A stretch of DNA of 64,000 nt, from assembly GCA_947581645.1 (NCBI GenBank), contig CANPVF010000159.1:2904-66903 (forward strand), given 5' to 3'. This DNA is from Candidatus Caribbeanibacter nitroreducens. Lineage in GTDB: Bacteria > Gemmatimonadota > Gemmatimonadetes > Palauibacterales > Palauibacteraceae. The first letter of the stretch is position 1, and each line of letters starts with the position of its first letter. This document shows, piece by piece, positions 55,258-64,000 of the stretch. The translations under genes were made by a program, and so were the position numbers. The notes beneath the pieces are model-generated. The model was not told the DNA's origin, did not search any database, and saw only the letters and a list, made by a program, of their open reading frames with translations.

Positions 55258-55446
55258 GCTCCTCCCGTGTCCGTTTCCGACTCCGTCCGCAGCTCGGTCG
55301 TGGAGACGGTAAGGTGCGCCGTGCCTCCCGTAGATCGAAGCGCTTTCTCCCGTCCGGCGCACCCCCGATATTCGGCCCGGGCCGAGTCCCGCGGCCCGCC
55401 CGTCGTCCGCCCTCCCGCACGCACGCCCCCGCCAGCAGAGGTCCCC

Positions 55447-57582
55447 ATGCGTCCCGTTTCAGGCTCCCGCCTCTCCGTCTCCTCCGTCTCCGTCCTGGCT
55501 CTCGTCGCCGGTGCCGTGCTGGGGCTCCCCGCGGCCGCGACGGCCCAGGACGGGCTCTCCGTGTCCGAGGTCATGAGCGCCCCGTTCCCGTCCGAGCTCA
55601 CGGCGGCACCGGGCGGCGGGACCGTGGCGTGGGCCCTGTACGAGGAGGGCGTCCGGAACGTCTACGTCGCCGGAGCGCCGGACTACCGGGGGCGGCGCCT
55701 CACCCCGTATACCCGGGACGACGGACAGGCCATCGGGGACGTGTCCTTCACCGCGACCGGCGACCGGGTGGTCTACGTGCGTGGCGGATCTCCGAACGAC
55801 GCCGGGCTCAGCCCCAACCCGACGAACGCCCCGGGCGGCCAGGAGCGGGCCATCTGGAGCGTCTCCGTCTCGGGAGACGGAGATCCCGTGCGGCTGGCCG
55901 AGGGGCACAGCCCGGTTCCCTCTCCTGCCGGCAGCCGCGTGGCCTTCGTCCGGGACGGCGACCTGTGGCTCGTGCCGGCGGCGGGAGACGGGGAGCCGCG
56001 GCGCGCCGTGCGCGAGAAGGGGAGCGTGGAGGAGATCCGCTGGTCGCCTGCGGGCGACCGGATCGCCTTCGTCACCGACCGGGGCGAGCACGCCTTCGTG
56101 GCGATCCACGAGCCGGGTGGCGAGGCCGTGACCTACCTGGACCCGGGCCTGTCGGAGGACCGCAGTCCGGTCTGGTCGCCGGACGGCCGCCGGGTGGCGT
56201 TCATCCGCGTTCACCCGTCGTCGGATCCACCCTACTCCACCGACCGCACCGGCCCGGGCTGGGAGCTCCGCGTGGCGGACGCCGGCTCCGGAGAGGGCCG
56301 GGTGGTGTGGAGCGCTCCCGAGGGCCGGGGAAGCGCCTTCTACCCCCTGGCCGGCGACCGGCAGCTCTTCTGGAGTGTCGGGGGGAACCTGATCTTTCCC
56401 TGGGAGCGGGACGGCTGGCGCCACCTGTACGCCGTGCCGGTCGACGGCGGCGACCCCGACCGGCTCACCCCGGGGGAGGGGATCGTCGAGAGCGCCACCC
56501 TCGACCCGGACCGGGAGACACTGCTCTACACCTCGAACATCGGCGACATCGATCGGCGCCACGTGTGGCGCGTCCCGGCCGACGGCGGGGGTGAGCCGCG
56601 GCAGCTGACGTCGGACGACGGCATCCAGTGGTCCCCGGTCGTCGCCTCCGGGGACGGCGCCGTGGCCTACCTGGCCTCCGGCGCGCGGCGCCCCGGGCAC
56701 GCCCGCATCGACCCGGAGGACGGGGAGGACCGCGCCCTGGCGCCGCAGAACCTGCCCGAGGAGTTCCCGGGGCAGCGGCTGGTGGAGCCCGAGCCGGTGA
56801 CCCTCTCCGGGGCCGACGGAAAGCGCGTTCGCGGACAGCTCTTCACCCCGCCGGGGGCGGAGGCCGGCGACGGGCGGCCTGCCGTGCTCTTCCTCCACGG
56901 GGGCTCGCGGCGCCAGATGCTCCTGGGCTGGCACTACATGCGGTACTACCACAACTCGTACGCCATGAACCAGTACCTGGCGAGCCGGGGCTACGTGGTG
57001 CTGTCGCTCAACTACCGGAGCGGCATCGGCTACGGACTCGAGTTCCGGGAGGCCCGTCGCTGGGGCGCCCGCGGGGCCAGCGAGTTCCTGGACGTGCTGG
57101 GGGCCGGCCTCTGGCTCCGGGACCGCCCCGAGGTCGACGGCGACCGAATCGGCCTGTACGGCGGCTCCTACGGCGGATATCTGACGGCGCTGGGCCTGGC
57201 CCGCGCCTCCGACCTGTTCGCCGCCGGCGCCGACTTCCACGGCGTCCACGACTGGAACATCGAATTCGAGTTCGACGGCGTGGACCTGCCGTACGCGGTG
57301 GACTCGCTGGAGAGCGTGCAGCAGCTGGCCTGGCGCTCCTCGCCCATGGCATGGACCGATGGATGGAGCTCGCCCGTACTCTTCGTACACGGCGACGACG
57401 ACCGCACCGTTCCCTTCCGCGAGTCCGTCCGCCTGGCCGAGCGCCTCCGAGCCCGGGGCGTCCCCTTCGAGGAGTTCGTGATCCCCGGCGACGTGCACGA
57501 CTTCCTCATGCACCGCCACTGGGTCGAGGCGTACCGCCGGACGGCGGACTTCTTCCGACGAGAGCTGAAAGGACGACGATGA
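55447..57582 (+). CDS. S9 family peptidase (prolyl oligopeptidase/acylaminoacyl-peptidase) with N-terminal beta-propeller
   Basis: Signal peptide. Catalytic GGSYGGY (Ser), Asp in GDDDR, His in DVHDF. Confidence 0.9.
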   Translation: MRPVSGSRLSVSSVSVLALVAGAVLGLPAAATAQDGLSVSEVMSAPFPSELTAAPGGGTVAWALYEEGVRNVYVAGAPDYRGRRLTPYTRDDGQAIGDVSFTATGDRVVYVRGGSPNDAGLSPNPTNAPGGQERAIWSVSVSGDGDPVRLAEGHSPVPSPAGSRVAFVRDGDLWLVPAAGDGEPRRAVREKGSVEEIRWSPAGDRIAFVTDRGEHAFVAIHEPGGEAVTYLDPGLSEDRSPVWSPDGRRVAFIRVHPSSDPPYSTDRTGPGWELRVADAGSGEGRVVWSAPEGRGSAFYPLAGDRQLFWSVGGNLIFPWERDGWRHLYAVPVDGGDPDRLTPGEGIVESATLDPDRETLLYTSNIGDIDRRHVWRVPADGGGEPRQLTSDDGIQWSPVVASGDGAVAYLASGARRPGHARIDPEDGEDRALAPQNLPEEFPGQRLVEPEPVTLSGADGKRVRGQLFTPPGAEAGDGRPAVLFLHGGSRRQMLLGWHYMRYYHNSYAMNQYLASRGYVVLSLNYRSGIGYGLEFREARRWGARGASEFLDVLGAGLWLRDRPEVDGDRIGLYGGSYGGYLTALGLARASDLFAAGADFHGVHDWNIEFEFDGVDLPYAVDSLESVQQLAWRSSPMAWTDGWSSPVLFVHGDDDRTVPFRESVRLAERLRARGVPFEEFVIPGDVHDFLMHRHWVEAYRRTADFFRRELKGRR

Positions 57583-58331
57583 CCGGCAGCGACGAGACAC
57601 CGACCGTGGCCGTGACGGCCCCCGTTCGCCTGAGCGAGAGGGCGATCCCGGAGGTGGTCCTGGAGGCCGGCTACCAGCAGGGCCTCGACATCGCCGAGAC
57701 GGACCTCCTGCCGGTCTCTCCCGTCGATTCCGTGCCCAACGCCCGCCGCAAGGTGCGGCGCGCCGACGGTCTCCTGCTCACCGGAGGCGAGGACGTGGAT
57801 CCGCGCCGCTACGGAGAAGATCCCGACGGGGCGCGGCAGGTGTCCTTCGAGCGGGACGAGGTGGAGTTCGCCGCCGTGGAGCAGGCCGTGGAGGACGGGG
57901 TGCCCACCTTCGGCGTCTGCCGGGGCATGCAGCTCCTGAACGTGGCCCTCGGGGGCTCTCTCTGGCAGGACCTCGGGCACCGGGACGTCGAGCCCGACAT
58001 CGACCACCACGACCGCTTCTCCGTGGACCGGCCGGTGCACGACATCCGGGTCCGGGACCCGGAGCTGATGGACGGGGTCTTCGCCTCGCCGCTCTTCAGC
58101 CCGAACTCCTCCCACCACCAGGGCGTACGCGAGGTCGCCGACCCCCTGGAGCCCGTGTGCCGCGCCGAGGACGGGCTGGTGGAGGGGCTCGAGTTCCGGC
58201 CCGGGGACGAGGGGGTCCCGTGGATCGCCGGCGTGCAGTGGCATCCCGAGCGGATGATCGGCGAGGGGTCCGGCACCCACCGCCGGCTCTTCCGGCGCTT
58301 CGGCAGCGTGGTCCGCGGCCGCCCCGCGTGA
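57579..58331 (+). CDS. class I glutamine amidotransferase-like hydrolase (gamma-glutamyl-GABA hydrolase family)
   Basis: GVCRGMQ (catalytic Cys) and WHPE (His). ATG overlaps the S9 peptidase stop. Confidence 0.8.
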   Translation: MTGSDETPTVAVTAPVRLSERAIPEVVLEAGYQQGLDIAETDLLPVSPVDSVPNARRKVRRADGLLLTGGEDVDPRRYGEDPDGARQVSFERDEVEFAAVEQAVEDGVPTFGVCRGMQLLNVALGGSLWQDLGHRDVEPDIDHHDRFSVDRPVHDIRVRDPELMDGVFASPLFSPNSSHHQGVREVADPLEPVCRAEDGLVEGLEFRPGDEGVPWIAGVQWHPERMIGEGSGTHRRLFRRFGSVVRGRPA

Positions 58332-58340
58332 GACGCTCCG

Positions 58341-60188
58341 TCACACCCCCCAGAGCAGAGCCACGACGGTCGGCGTGACCACCGCCAGCAGGAGCTGCAG
58401 GGGCGCCCCGACGCGCCAGAAGTCGGCGAAGCGATAGCCGCCCGGCGTGAAGACCATGAGGTTGGTCTGGTAGCCCACCGGGCTGAGAAACGCCGTGTTG
58501 GCGGCGAACATCACCACCAGGAGAAACGCGAAGGGATCGGCGCCGATGCGGGCCGCCGCCTCCACCGCCACCGGCGCCATGAGCACCAGGCTGGCGGTCC
58601 CCGTGATGACGTTGGTCAGGAGGGAGGTCAGGAGGTAGAACAGGGCCAGCGTCCCCACCGCCGGGAGCACCTCGGCCCGTGCCATGACGGCCCGGGCCAG
58701 GAAGTCGGCGGCCCCCGTCCGGTCCATGGCCACGCCCAGGGGGATGATGCCCGCCAGCAGCAGGACCACGTTCCAGTTCACCGCCTCGTACGCCTCGGTC
58801 GTCCGCAGGCAACCGGTGGCGACCATGAGCACCACCCCGCCCAGCGCCGCCACGTAGATGGGGAGCAGCCCGGCCGCCGCCGTGCCCACCACCGCCAGCA
58901 GGATCCCGGCGGCCACCGGCGTCTTCTCCCGCCGTAGCACCTCCCCCGCCTCGCCGCCCTCGCGCTCCGCGTCGCCCCGTTCCGTCTCGGCCGGAGTGGT
59001 GCCCGTCAGCACCAGGTCCGGCTCCTTCACCGCCGCCCGGAGCCGCTCCCGACTGGCCAGAAGGAGGAGGGAATCCCCCTCCCGGAGCACCTGGTGCTCC
59101 ACCCGGTCCCGGACCAGCTCGTCGCCGCGCCGGACGGCCAGGACGGTGCCGCCGAAGCGGTTCCGGAAGTCCGCGGTCACCAGCGTCTCTCCGTCCAGGG
59201 CGGAGCCCGGGGCCAGCGTCACCTCGGCCAGGGTGTGCTCCTCGTCGACGAAGGCGTCGTCGCCCGGCGGGATCGCGTCCACGGCCTCGAGCGCGTAGCG
59301 GCGGGAGAAGCGCTCCAGGGTGGCCTTCGCCGCACGGACGGTGAGAACGTCGCCGGCCTCGACGGTCTGGTCCGTCGTGGGGCCCAGGTAGACGCGGTCC
59401 CCCCGTACGATCTGCAGGACGTCCAGGTCGAAGCTCTCCGCGCGCTGACTCTCCCGGAGCTCCCGCCCCACCAGGGTCGACCCCTCGGGCACGCGTACCC
59501 GCCCCAGGTAGGCCCCCATCCGATACTTGTCCGAGAAGTCCGCCTCCGGGTGCACCCGCTCCGGAATGAGCCGCCGCCCCGCCGTGAACAGGTAGCCGAC
59601 CCCCGTGGCGAAGATGACGGCACCGGCCGCGGTGAACTCGAACATGGAGACGGGATGGCCGATCAGGCGGAGCGAGAGATCGGCGGCCAGGATGTTGGCG
59701 GAGGTCCCGATGAGCGTCAGCGTGCCGCCCAGCATGGAGGCGAAGGAGAGGGGGATCAGCAGCTTCGAGGGCGAGCTGCGCGTGCGCTTCGCCAGCCGCA
59801 CGACCATGGGGATCAGCACCGCCACGAGGGGGGTGTTGTTCACGAGCCCCGCCGCCGGGCCTCCGAGGCCGATCGTCGCCGCCAGCCTCCGTCCCTCGCT
59901 CTCCCTGGTGAACGGCAGGAGGCGGTCGCCGAGCCGATGCACGATTCCCGTTCGCCGCACCCCCTCGCTCAGGATGAACATGGCCAGCACGGTGACCGTG
60001 GCCGGGCTCGAGAACCCCGCGATGGCGTCCGTGGGCGTCACGGCGGTCCACGGCGAGAGGACCGCCAGGAGCACCGCCACGGCCAGGGCCGTGATCTCCA
60101 CCGGGACCCATCCAGTGGCGAAGCTCACCGCCGCCGCCCCCATCAGGACGAAGACGACGGCCATCCCGGCTGTGAACTCGACGCCCAT
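58341..60188 (-). CDS. SLC13/DASS family permease with two central TrkA-C (RCK_C) domains
   Basis: Two transporter halves separated by two RCK_C-like domains (VLQIVRGDRVYLGP...; TVLAVRRGDELVRD...). Confidence 0.85.
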   Translation of the reverse strand: MGVEFTAGMAVVFVLMGAAAVSFATGWVPVEITALAVAVLLAVLSPWTAVTPTDAIAGFSSPATVTVLAMFILSEGVRRTGIVHRLGDRLLPFTRESEGRRLAATIGLGGPAAGLVNNTPLVAVLIPMVVRLAKRTRSSPSKLLIPLSFASMLGGTLTLIGTSANILAADLSLRLIGHPVSMFEFTAAGAVIFATGVGYLFTAGRRLIPERVHPEADFSDKYRMGAYLGRVRVPEGSTLVGRELRESQRAESFDLDVLQIVRGDRVYLGPTTDQTVEAGDVLTVRAAKATLERFSRRYALEAVDAIPPGDDAFVDEEHTLAEVTLAPGSALDGETLVTADFRNRFGGTVLAVRRGDELVRDRVEHQVLREGDSLLLLASRERLRAAVKEPDLVLTGTTPAETERGDAEREGGEAGEVLRREKTPVAAGILLAVVGTAAAGLLPIYVAALGGVVLMVATGCLRTTEAYEAVNWNVVLLLAGIIPLGVAMDRTGAADFLARAVMARAEVLPAVGTLALFYLLTSLLTNVITGTASLVLMAPVAVEAAARIGADPFAFLLVVMFAANTAFLSPVGYQTNLMVFTPGGYRFADFWRVGAPLQLLLAVVTPTVVALLWGV

Positions 60189-60456
60189 GAGCGTTCCGTC
60201 TCCCTTCCTGGCCCGGTGGACCCGCCGGAGGTCCCCACTCGCCGTACGTGACCGACGTCACGGCCAACAAGGTGTGGGGGAGGTGCGCCGGCGGGCGAGG
60301 TCCGGCGCCGCGACGAGCGGGCGGCCGAGAACATGGACCACAGCGGCCGCGGTTCACCTATCACTGGATGGACCGAGGAACGGGACGCCGGGCGTCGGAA
60401 GTCCGCCGGTCCGCGGCGGCCGGCCGGAAAGGCGCCACGGGAGCCACGAACAGGGG

Positions 60457-60690
60457 GTGAGGACGCTGGATCACGAGGACGACGAGCCGGAGCGGGGACG
60501 CGACGGGCAGGAGGCACGGGCCACGATCTACCCGGACACCCTGGCAGCCCTGGCGACGGGCCTCGAGGCCTGTCGCCTGGTGGCCGACGGCGACACGGTG
60601 GAGGCCGGCGACCGCGACCGCTTCGTCAAGGCCAGAACGGACTTACGGGTGCTCAGGAAAGAGCTGGAGCGGCAACTCGACGGCAAGTGA
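60457..60690 (+). CDS. hypothetical small protein (77 aa, GTG start)
   Basis: Within a 628-bp intergenic gap. High-GC3 codon usage, ordinary composition (…EACRLVADGDTVEAGDRDRFVKARTDLRVLRKELERQLDGK). Lies in the frame of the spurious long + ORF 59605..60690. Confidence 0.35.
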   Translation: MRTLDHEDDEPERGRDGQEARATIYPDTLAALATGLEACRLVADGDTVEAGDRDRFVKARTDLRVLRKELERQLDGK

Positions 60691-60731
60691 ATTGCGTCGC
60701 CCCATCCACCTCGTGAAGGGACCTTTTTACG

Positions 60732-60752
60732 GGTTTCGTACGTAGTAGAACC
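60732..60752. promoter_or_regulatory. candidate BlaI-family operator (GGTTTCG-TACGTA-GTAGAACC imperfect palindrome)
   Basis: ~65 nt upstream of the blaI-family gene. Central TACGTA with GGTT/AACC outer arms. RBS AGGAGG 6 nt before the TTG start. Confidence 0.3.
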
Positions 60753-60816
60753 TCTCGCGGAGTGCACCCGGAACGCAGAGTCGGACCTCGACAGGCGATT
60801 CGCCAGGAGGATTCTG

Positions 60817-61197
60817 TTGGACATTCAGTTCACCGACCGTCAGCTGGACATCATGAACATCCTCTGGGACCGGGGCTCCTCCACGGTCCGGGAGGCGAAG
60901 GAGGAGATCGAGGAGGACCTTGCCTACACCAGCGTGCTCACGGTCTTCCAGACGCTGGAGGAGAAGGGACACGTTCGCCACGAGCGCGAGGGGAAGGCCT
61001 ATCGCTACTATCCCACCGTCGCCCGTGACGAGGCGGGCAGGAGCGCCGTCGGCTACATCCTCGACCGGATCTTCCGAAACTCCCCCAGCGCCCTGCTCAC
61101 CTCCCTGGTCGAGCACAAGGACATCTCGGAGGAGGAGGCCCGCGAGCTCAGCGCGCTGCTGGAGGGAGAGCGGGGCACCGAGACGGCCGTGAGTTGA
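60817..61197 (+). CDS. BlaI/MecI/CopY family transcriptional repressor
   Basis: TDRQLDIMNILWDRGSSTVREAKEEIE...YTSVLTVFQTLEEKGHV is a BlaI-type winged helix. TTG start. Stop overlaps the next gene's start. Confidence 0.8.
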   Translation: MDIQFTDRQLDIMNILWDRGSSTVREAKEEIEEDLAYTSVLTVFQTLEEKGHVRHEREGKAYRYYPTVARDEAGRSAVGYILDRIFRNSPSALLTSLVEHKDISEEEARELSALLEGERGTETAVS

Positions 61198-63101
61198 TCC
61201 CGCACGCCACCGACCCCACTGCACCGGTGCCCTCGCTCCCGGGCACCGCTTCGGCCGTCGCCCTGGCCGGCCTCCTCCTGGCCGGGTGCGGCGGGGGAGA
61301 CATCACCAGTCCCTCGGACTGCGACGTCGGGGACCTCCTGCAGCCCGCGGTCGGGGAGCTCCAGGCGATCGGCCCGGACAGCGACGGCTGCCTCGCCTTC
61401 CGGCTCGCCGGAGCGGGCGGCCCCGCCGAGTACGTCGTCATGGCACAGGAGACCAGTCGGAGCACGGGCTTCACGCCGCTCCGCCTACAGGTCGAGGGCG
61501 GCTCCGGTGCCTCCGGAGCCCTGGCGCCCGCTCTCGCCCAGCGGGTCTCGGCCAGCGGGGCCCTGGCCTCGGCACGGAGCCGGATCCGGGGCGGGGAGCT
61601 GGCGCGCCGAATTCGGGAGAACGCCCTCCGCGAGCTGGAGCGGCGCCACGCCCGTCCCGCCGTCCGGGCCTCGCGGTCCGGCCGACCCGGTGTGAGCCGC
61701 AACTCCCTGCTCCCCGACGGCGAGGCGCCGCAGGTGGGGGACGAGCTGAAGGTCCGACTCACCGTCCAGTCCGACCTCTCGGTGAGCTGCGACACGATGG
61801 AGGCGGACACGGTCACGGCCGAGGTCCAGTCGGTGGGCGACGAAGTGGCCATCGTGGCCGACACGGCCATCGCCGACGACGCCGCCTCGCAGATCGACTG
61901 GAGCGGGCTGGCCGACGAGTACGACCGGTCGGTCCTCGGCGTGCCGGAGGCCTACTTCGGGCAGGCCACGGACATCGACGACAACGGCAAGGTCCTGGTC
62001 CTGTTCACCCCCGAGGTGAACAAGCTCACCGACCGGGGATCGGACGTCCGCATCGGCGGCTTCTTCGTCCCGGCGGACCTGGCGGACTCCGGCGACCCGG
62101 GCAAGGACGGGAGCACCACGGACGGCATCTGCCCGGCCGGCAACGAGGCCGAGATCGTGTATCTGCTGGCCCCCGACCCCACCGCCGAGTTCAGCGACAG
62201 CGTGTCGGTCGAGGGGGCCCTGCGCACCGGCATCGGCGCCAGCCCCGGGGAGTTCGAGCACCTGATCAACACCGGGAACCGCGTCATCAAGCAGGGCGGG
62301 AGCTTCGGCCAGCTCGAGACGACCTGGCTGGACGAGGGGCTCTCCCACATCGCCGAGGAGGTCGTGGGCCTGAAGCGCGCCGGGCTCCCCGTGCGGGGCA
62401 ATCTGGACCTTAAGAACGATTTTTTGACAGATTCTGTCCGTGTTGAAGCCTTCAACAACTTCCATCTGCAGAACTTCCTCCGGCTCCGCCGGTTCCTGAT
62501 CAACCCGGACAGCACCCGCGCCCTGGCCTCCGAGGACCCCGGCGGCGCGGAATCGCTGGAGATGCGCGGCTTCTCGTATCTCTTCCTGCGCTGGCTCGGC
62601 GACCACTACGGTCCCTCGGGCAGCGGGGACGTGGACGGGAGCAACGAGCAGCAGCTCTTCCGCACGCTGGCCCGGGGCAGCGGGAGCCTGGCCACCGGCA
62701 TCGCCAACATCGAGACGGCGGTGCAGCAGGTCGCCGGGAGCGACGTCTCCTGGAACGGCCTGCTCCGCGAGTTCGCCGCCATGCCGGCGGCGGACGACAC
62801 CGTCCCCAACACCGCCGACCGGCTGCAGCTGCGGACCTGGAACCTGCCGGTGACCTTCCGGCAGCTCCACGAGAACGAGGGCGCGGGCGACGCCTTCCCG
62901 GAGGTCTATCCCCTGGAGGTCAGCGACCTGGGCTCCCCGGAGCGGACCACGGTCAGCCTGGAGGTCCGGGGAGCGGCGGCCCGGTACTTCCGTGTCTCCG
63001 CCCCGTCCGGCAACGACCTCACGGTGCGCCTGACGGGCCCCGGCAACACGCTCCTCGATTCCCCGTCCTCCAGCCGTCTGCTCGTCCTCCGGACGCAGTG
63101 A
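61194..63101 (+). CDS. hypothetical lipoprotein (635 aa), translationally coupled to the BlaI-family gene
   Basis: TTG start overlapping the blaI stop (TTGA). Lipobox LLLAGCGGG. No HEXXH, so not an M56 BlaR1 peptidase. Contains a 60-bp patch of atypical codon usage. Confidence 0.55.
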   Translation: MIPHATDPTAPVPSLPGTASAVALAGLLLAGCGGGDITSPSDCDVGDLLQPAVGELQAIGPDSDGCLAFRLAGAGGPAEYVVMAQETSRSTGFTPLRLQVEGGSGASGALAPALAQRVSASGALASARSRIRGGELARRIRENALRELERRHARPAVRASRSGRPGVSRNSLLPDGEAPQVGDELKVRLTVQSDLSVSCDTMEADTVTAEVQSVGDEVAIVADTAIADDAASQIDWSGLADEYDRSVLGVPEAYFGQATDIDDNGKVLVLFTPEVNKLTDRGSDVRIGGFFVPADLADSGDPGKDGSTTDGICPAGNEAEIVYLLAPDPTAEFSDSVSVEGALRTGIGASPGEFEHLINTGNRVIKQGGSFGQLETTWLDEGLSHIAEEVVGLKRAGLPVRGNLDLKNDFLTDSVRVEAFNNFHLQNFLRLRRFLINPDSTRALASEDPGGAESLEMRGFSYLFLRWLGDHYGPSGSGDVDGSNEQQLFRTLARGSGSLATGIANIETAVQQVAGSDVSWNGLLREFAAMPAADDTVPNTADRLQLRTWNLPVTFRQLHENEGAGDAFPEVYPLEVSDLGSPERTTVSLEVRGAAARYFRVSAPSGNDLTVRLTGPGNTLLDSPSSSRLLVLRTQ

Positions 63102-63119
63102 CGTGACGGATCGGCCCGG

Positions 63120-63803
63120 GTGAGCGAAGGGGACTTCTGGAGCCAGCCGGAGCAGGTCGAACGGTTCGCCGAGCGCGACCCCGACCACCGGCTCCGGCGG
63201 CTCGTCGACGAGGGAGCCGTGGACGCCGACTCCGGGGACCGCGTCCTGGATCTGGGATGCGCCGGTGGACGGAACGCCGTCTTCCTGGCGCGACGGGGAT
63301 TCGACGTCCTCGCCCTCGACACCTCCCCGGCGATGGTGGAGGAGACCCGGCGCCGGATGTCGGAGGTCGTCGGGACGGAGGAGGCGCGCCGACGGGTGCA
63401 GCAGGGCCGGATGCAGGACCTGGCCCGCTTCGACGCCGACTCCTTCGCCCTGGTCGTCGCCCTGGGGGTCTACCACCACGCCGGCGACATGGCCGATCTC
63501 CGCCGTGCCCTGTCCGAGTCCTCCCGCGTCCTCGAACCCGGCGGGCTGCTGCTCTCCGCCACCTTCAGCCCCCGCTCCTCGCCCGGCCGAGAGGGGCTGA
63601 GCCCCGTGGAGGGGCACGACCACCTGTGGCGCGGCTTCTCCTCCGGTCCCCTCCTGCTCCTGGATGCAGACGGCCTGGACCGCGAGGCGGCCCGACACGG
63701 CCTGGTGCCGGACCGGGCGACGGAGACCGTGGAGGCCGAACACGACGGCGGAACGCGGGTTACCGTCAACGCCCTGTACAGGAAGGTCGCCGGCCGGTCC
63801 TGA
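63120..63803 (+). CDS. class I SAM-dependent methyltransferase
   Basis: Motif I VLDLGCAGGRN, motif post-I DVLALD, motif II/III region; 227 aa. Confidence 0.8.
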   Translation: MSEGDFWSQPEQVERFAERDPDHRLRRLVDEGAVDADSGDRVLDLGCAGGRNAVFLARRGFDVLALDTSPAMVEETRRRMSEVVGTEEARRRVQQGRMQDLARFDADSFALVVALGVYHHAGDMADLRRALSESSRVLEPGGLLLSATFSPRSSPGREGLSPVEGHDHLWRGFSSGPLLLLDADGLDREAARHGLVPDRATETVEAEHDGGTRVTVNALYRKVAGRS

Positions 63804-64000
63804 GCGTAATCGGGCAGGTGGGGAGATTCCCCACGAGCCGGTCGGGGTACGCCCGACCGCGCCCGTCGGATCGTTCCCGACTGACGGCCCGTCTCCCCCG
63901 GGTCAGCTTACCACTGCTCGGATCGATTCGACGCGCGCCGGCCACCCGGCCGACGTCACCACGCCGCACAAGCGCGCAGCACGACCAGAGGAGAGATCGC

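Noticed and set aside
1-64000. CRISPR arrays, IS elements, integrases, prophage genes, rRNA/tRNA genes
   Set aside because: No direct-repeat/spacer structure, transposase/integrase motifs or structural RNA signatures were recognised anywhere in the window.

Overview
This 64 kb window is a very GC-rich (~70%), gene-dense stretch of a diderm bacterial chromosome. I found no rRNA, tRNA, CRISPR array, transposase or integrase. I support about 62 coding regions, many with 1-4 bp start/stop overlaps that suggest translational coupling. From 5' to 3' the content is as follows. (1) 0-12 kb, minus strand: an NrnA-like DHH phosphoesterase, an NSS sodium symporter with a MetS-like microprotein, a PHP phosphoesterase, coaE, a second DHH protein, an MBL hydrolase, a zinc-ribbon microprotein, erpA, trxB, a second PHP protein, a DtxR-family metalloregulator and an M42 peptidase. 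(2) 12-22 kb: a lipoprotein, a divergent AsmA-family gene, and an RND efflux operon (outer-membrane factor, periplasmic adaptor, pump, small DUF3240-like protein). (3) 22-27.6 kb: a YVTN beta-propeller protein, an orphan PAS/LytS-type histidine kinase, an 11-haem NapC/NirT-type membrane cytochrome and a convergent menA. (4) 27.7-38.2 kb, minus strand: an 11-gene [NiFe]-hydrogenase operon (small and large subunits, b-type cytochrome, maturation protease, hypA-E, a formyltransferase gene plus a crotonase gene that together look like a split HypX, and a HupE nickel permease). (5) 38.7-44.8 kb, plus strand, divergent from the hydrogenase operon: a porin-cytochrome-like cluster (9-haem lipoprotein cytochrome, 9-haem periplasmic cytochrome, ~490-aa outer-membrane beta-barrel, 16-haem cytochrome, TPR lipoprotein). 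(6) 45.1-53.5 kb: a complete V/A-type ATPase operon. (7) 53.6-63.8 kb: an outer-membrane beta-barrel protein, a lipoprotein, a cupin, an S9 peptidase, a glutamine-amidotransferase-like hydrolase, a DASS/SLC13 permease, a BlaI-family regulator translationally coupled to a 635-aa lipoprotein, and a SAM methyltransferase. The most interesting signal is a membrane-bound H2 oxidation module placed back to back with a trans-outer-membrane multihaem electron conduit, with the apparently split HypX inside the hydrogenase operon. CDS coordinates are anchored on the supplied ORF track. Coordinates of short motifs were read from the printed sequence and may be off by 1-2 nt.
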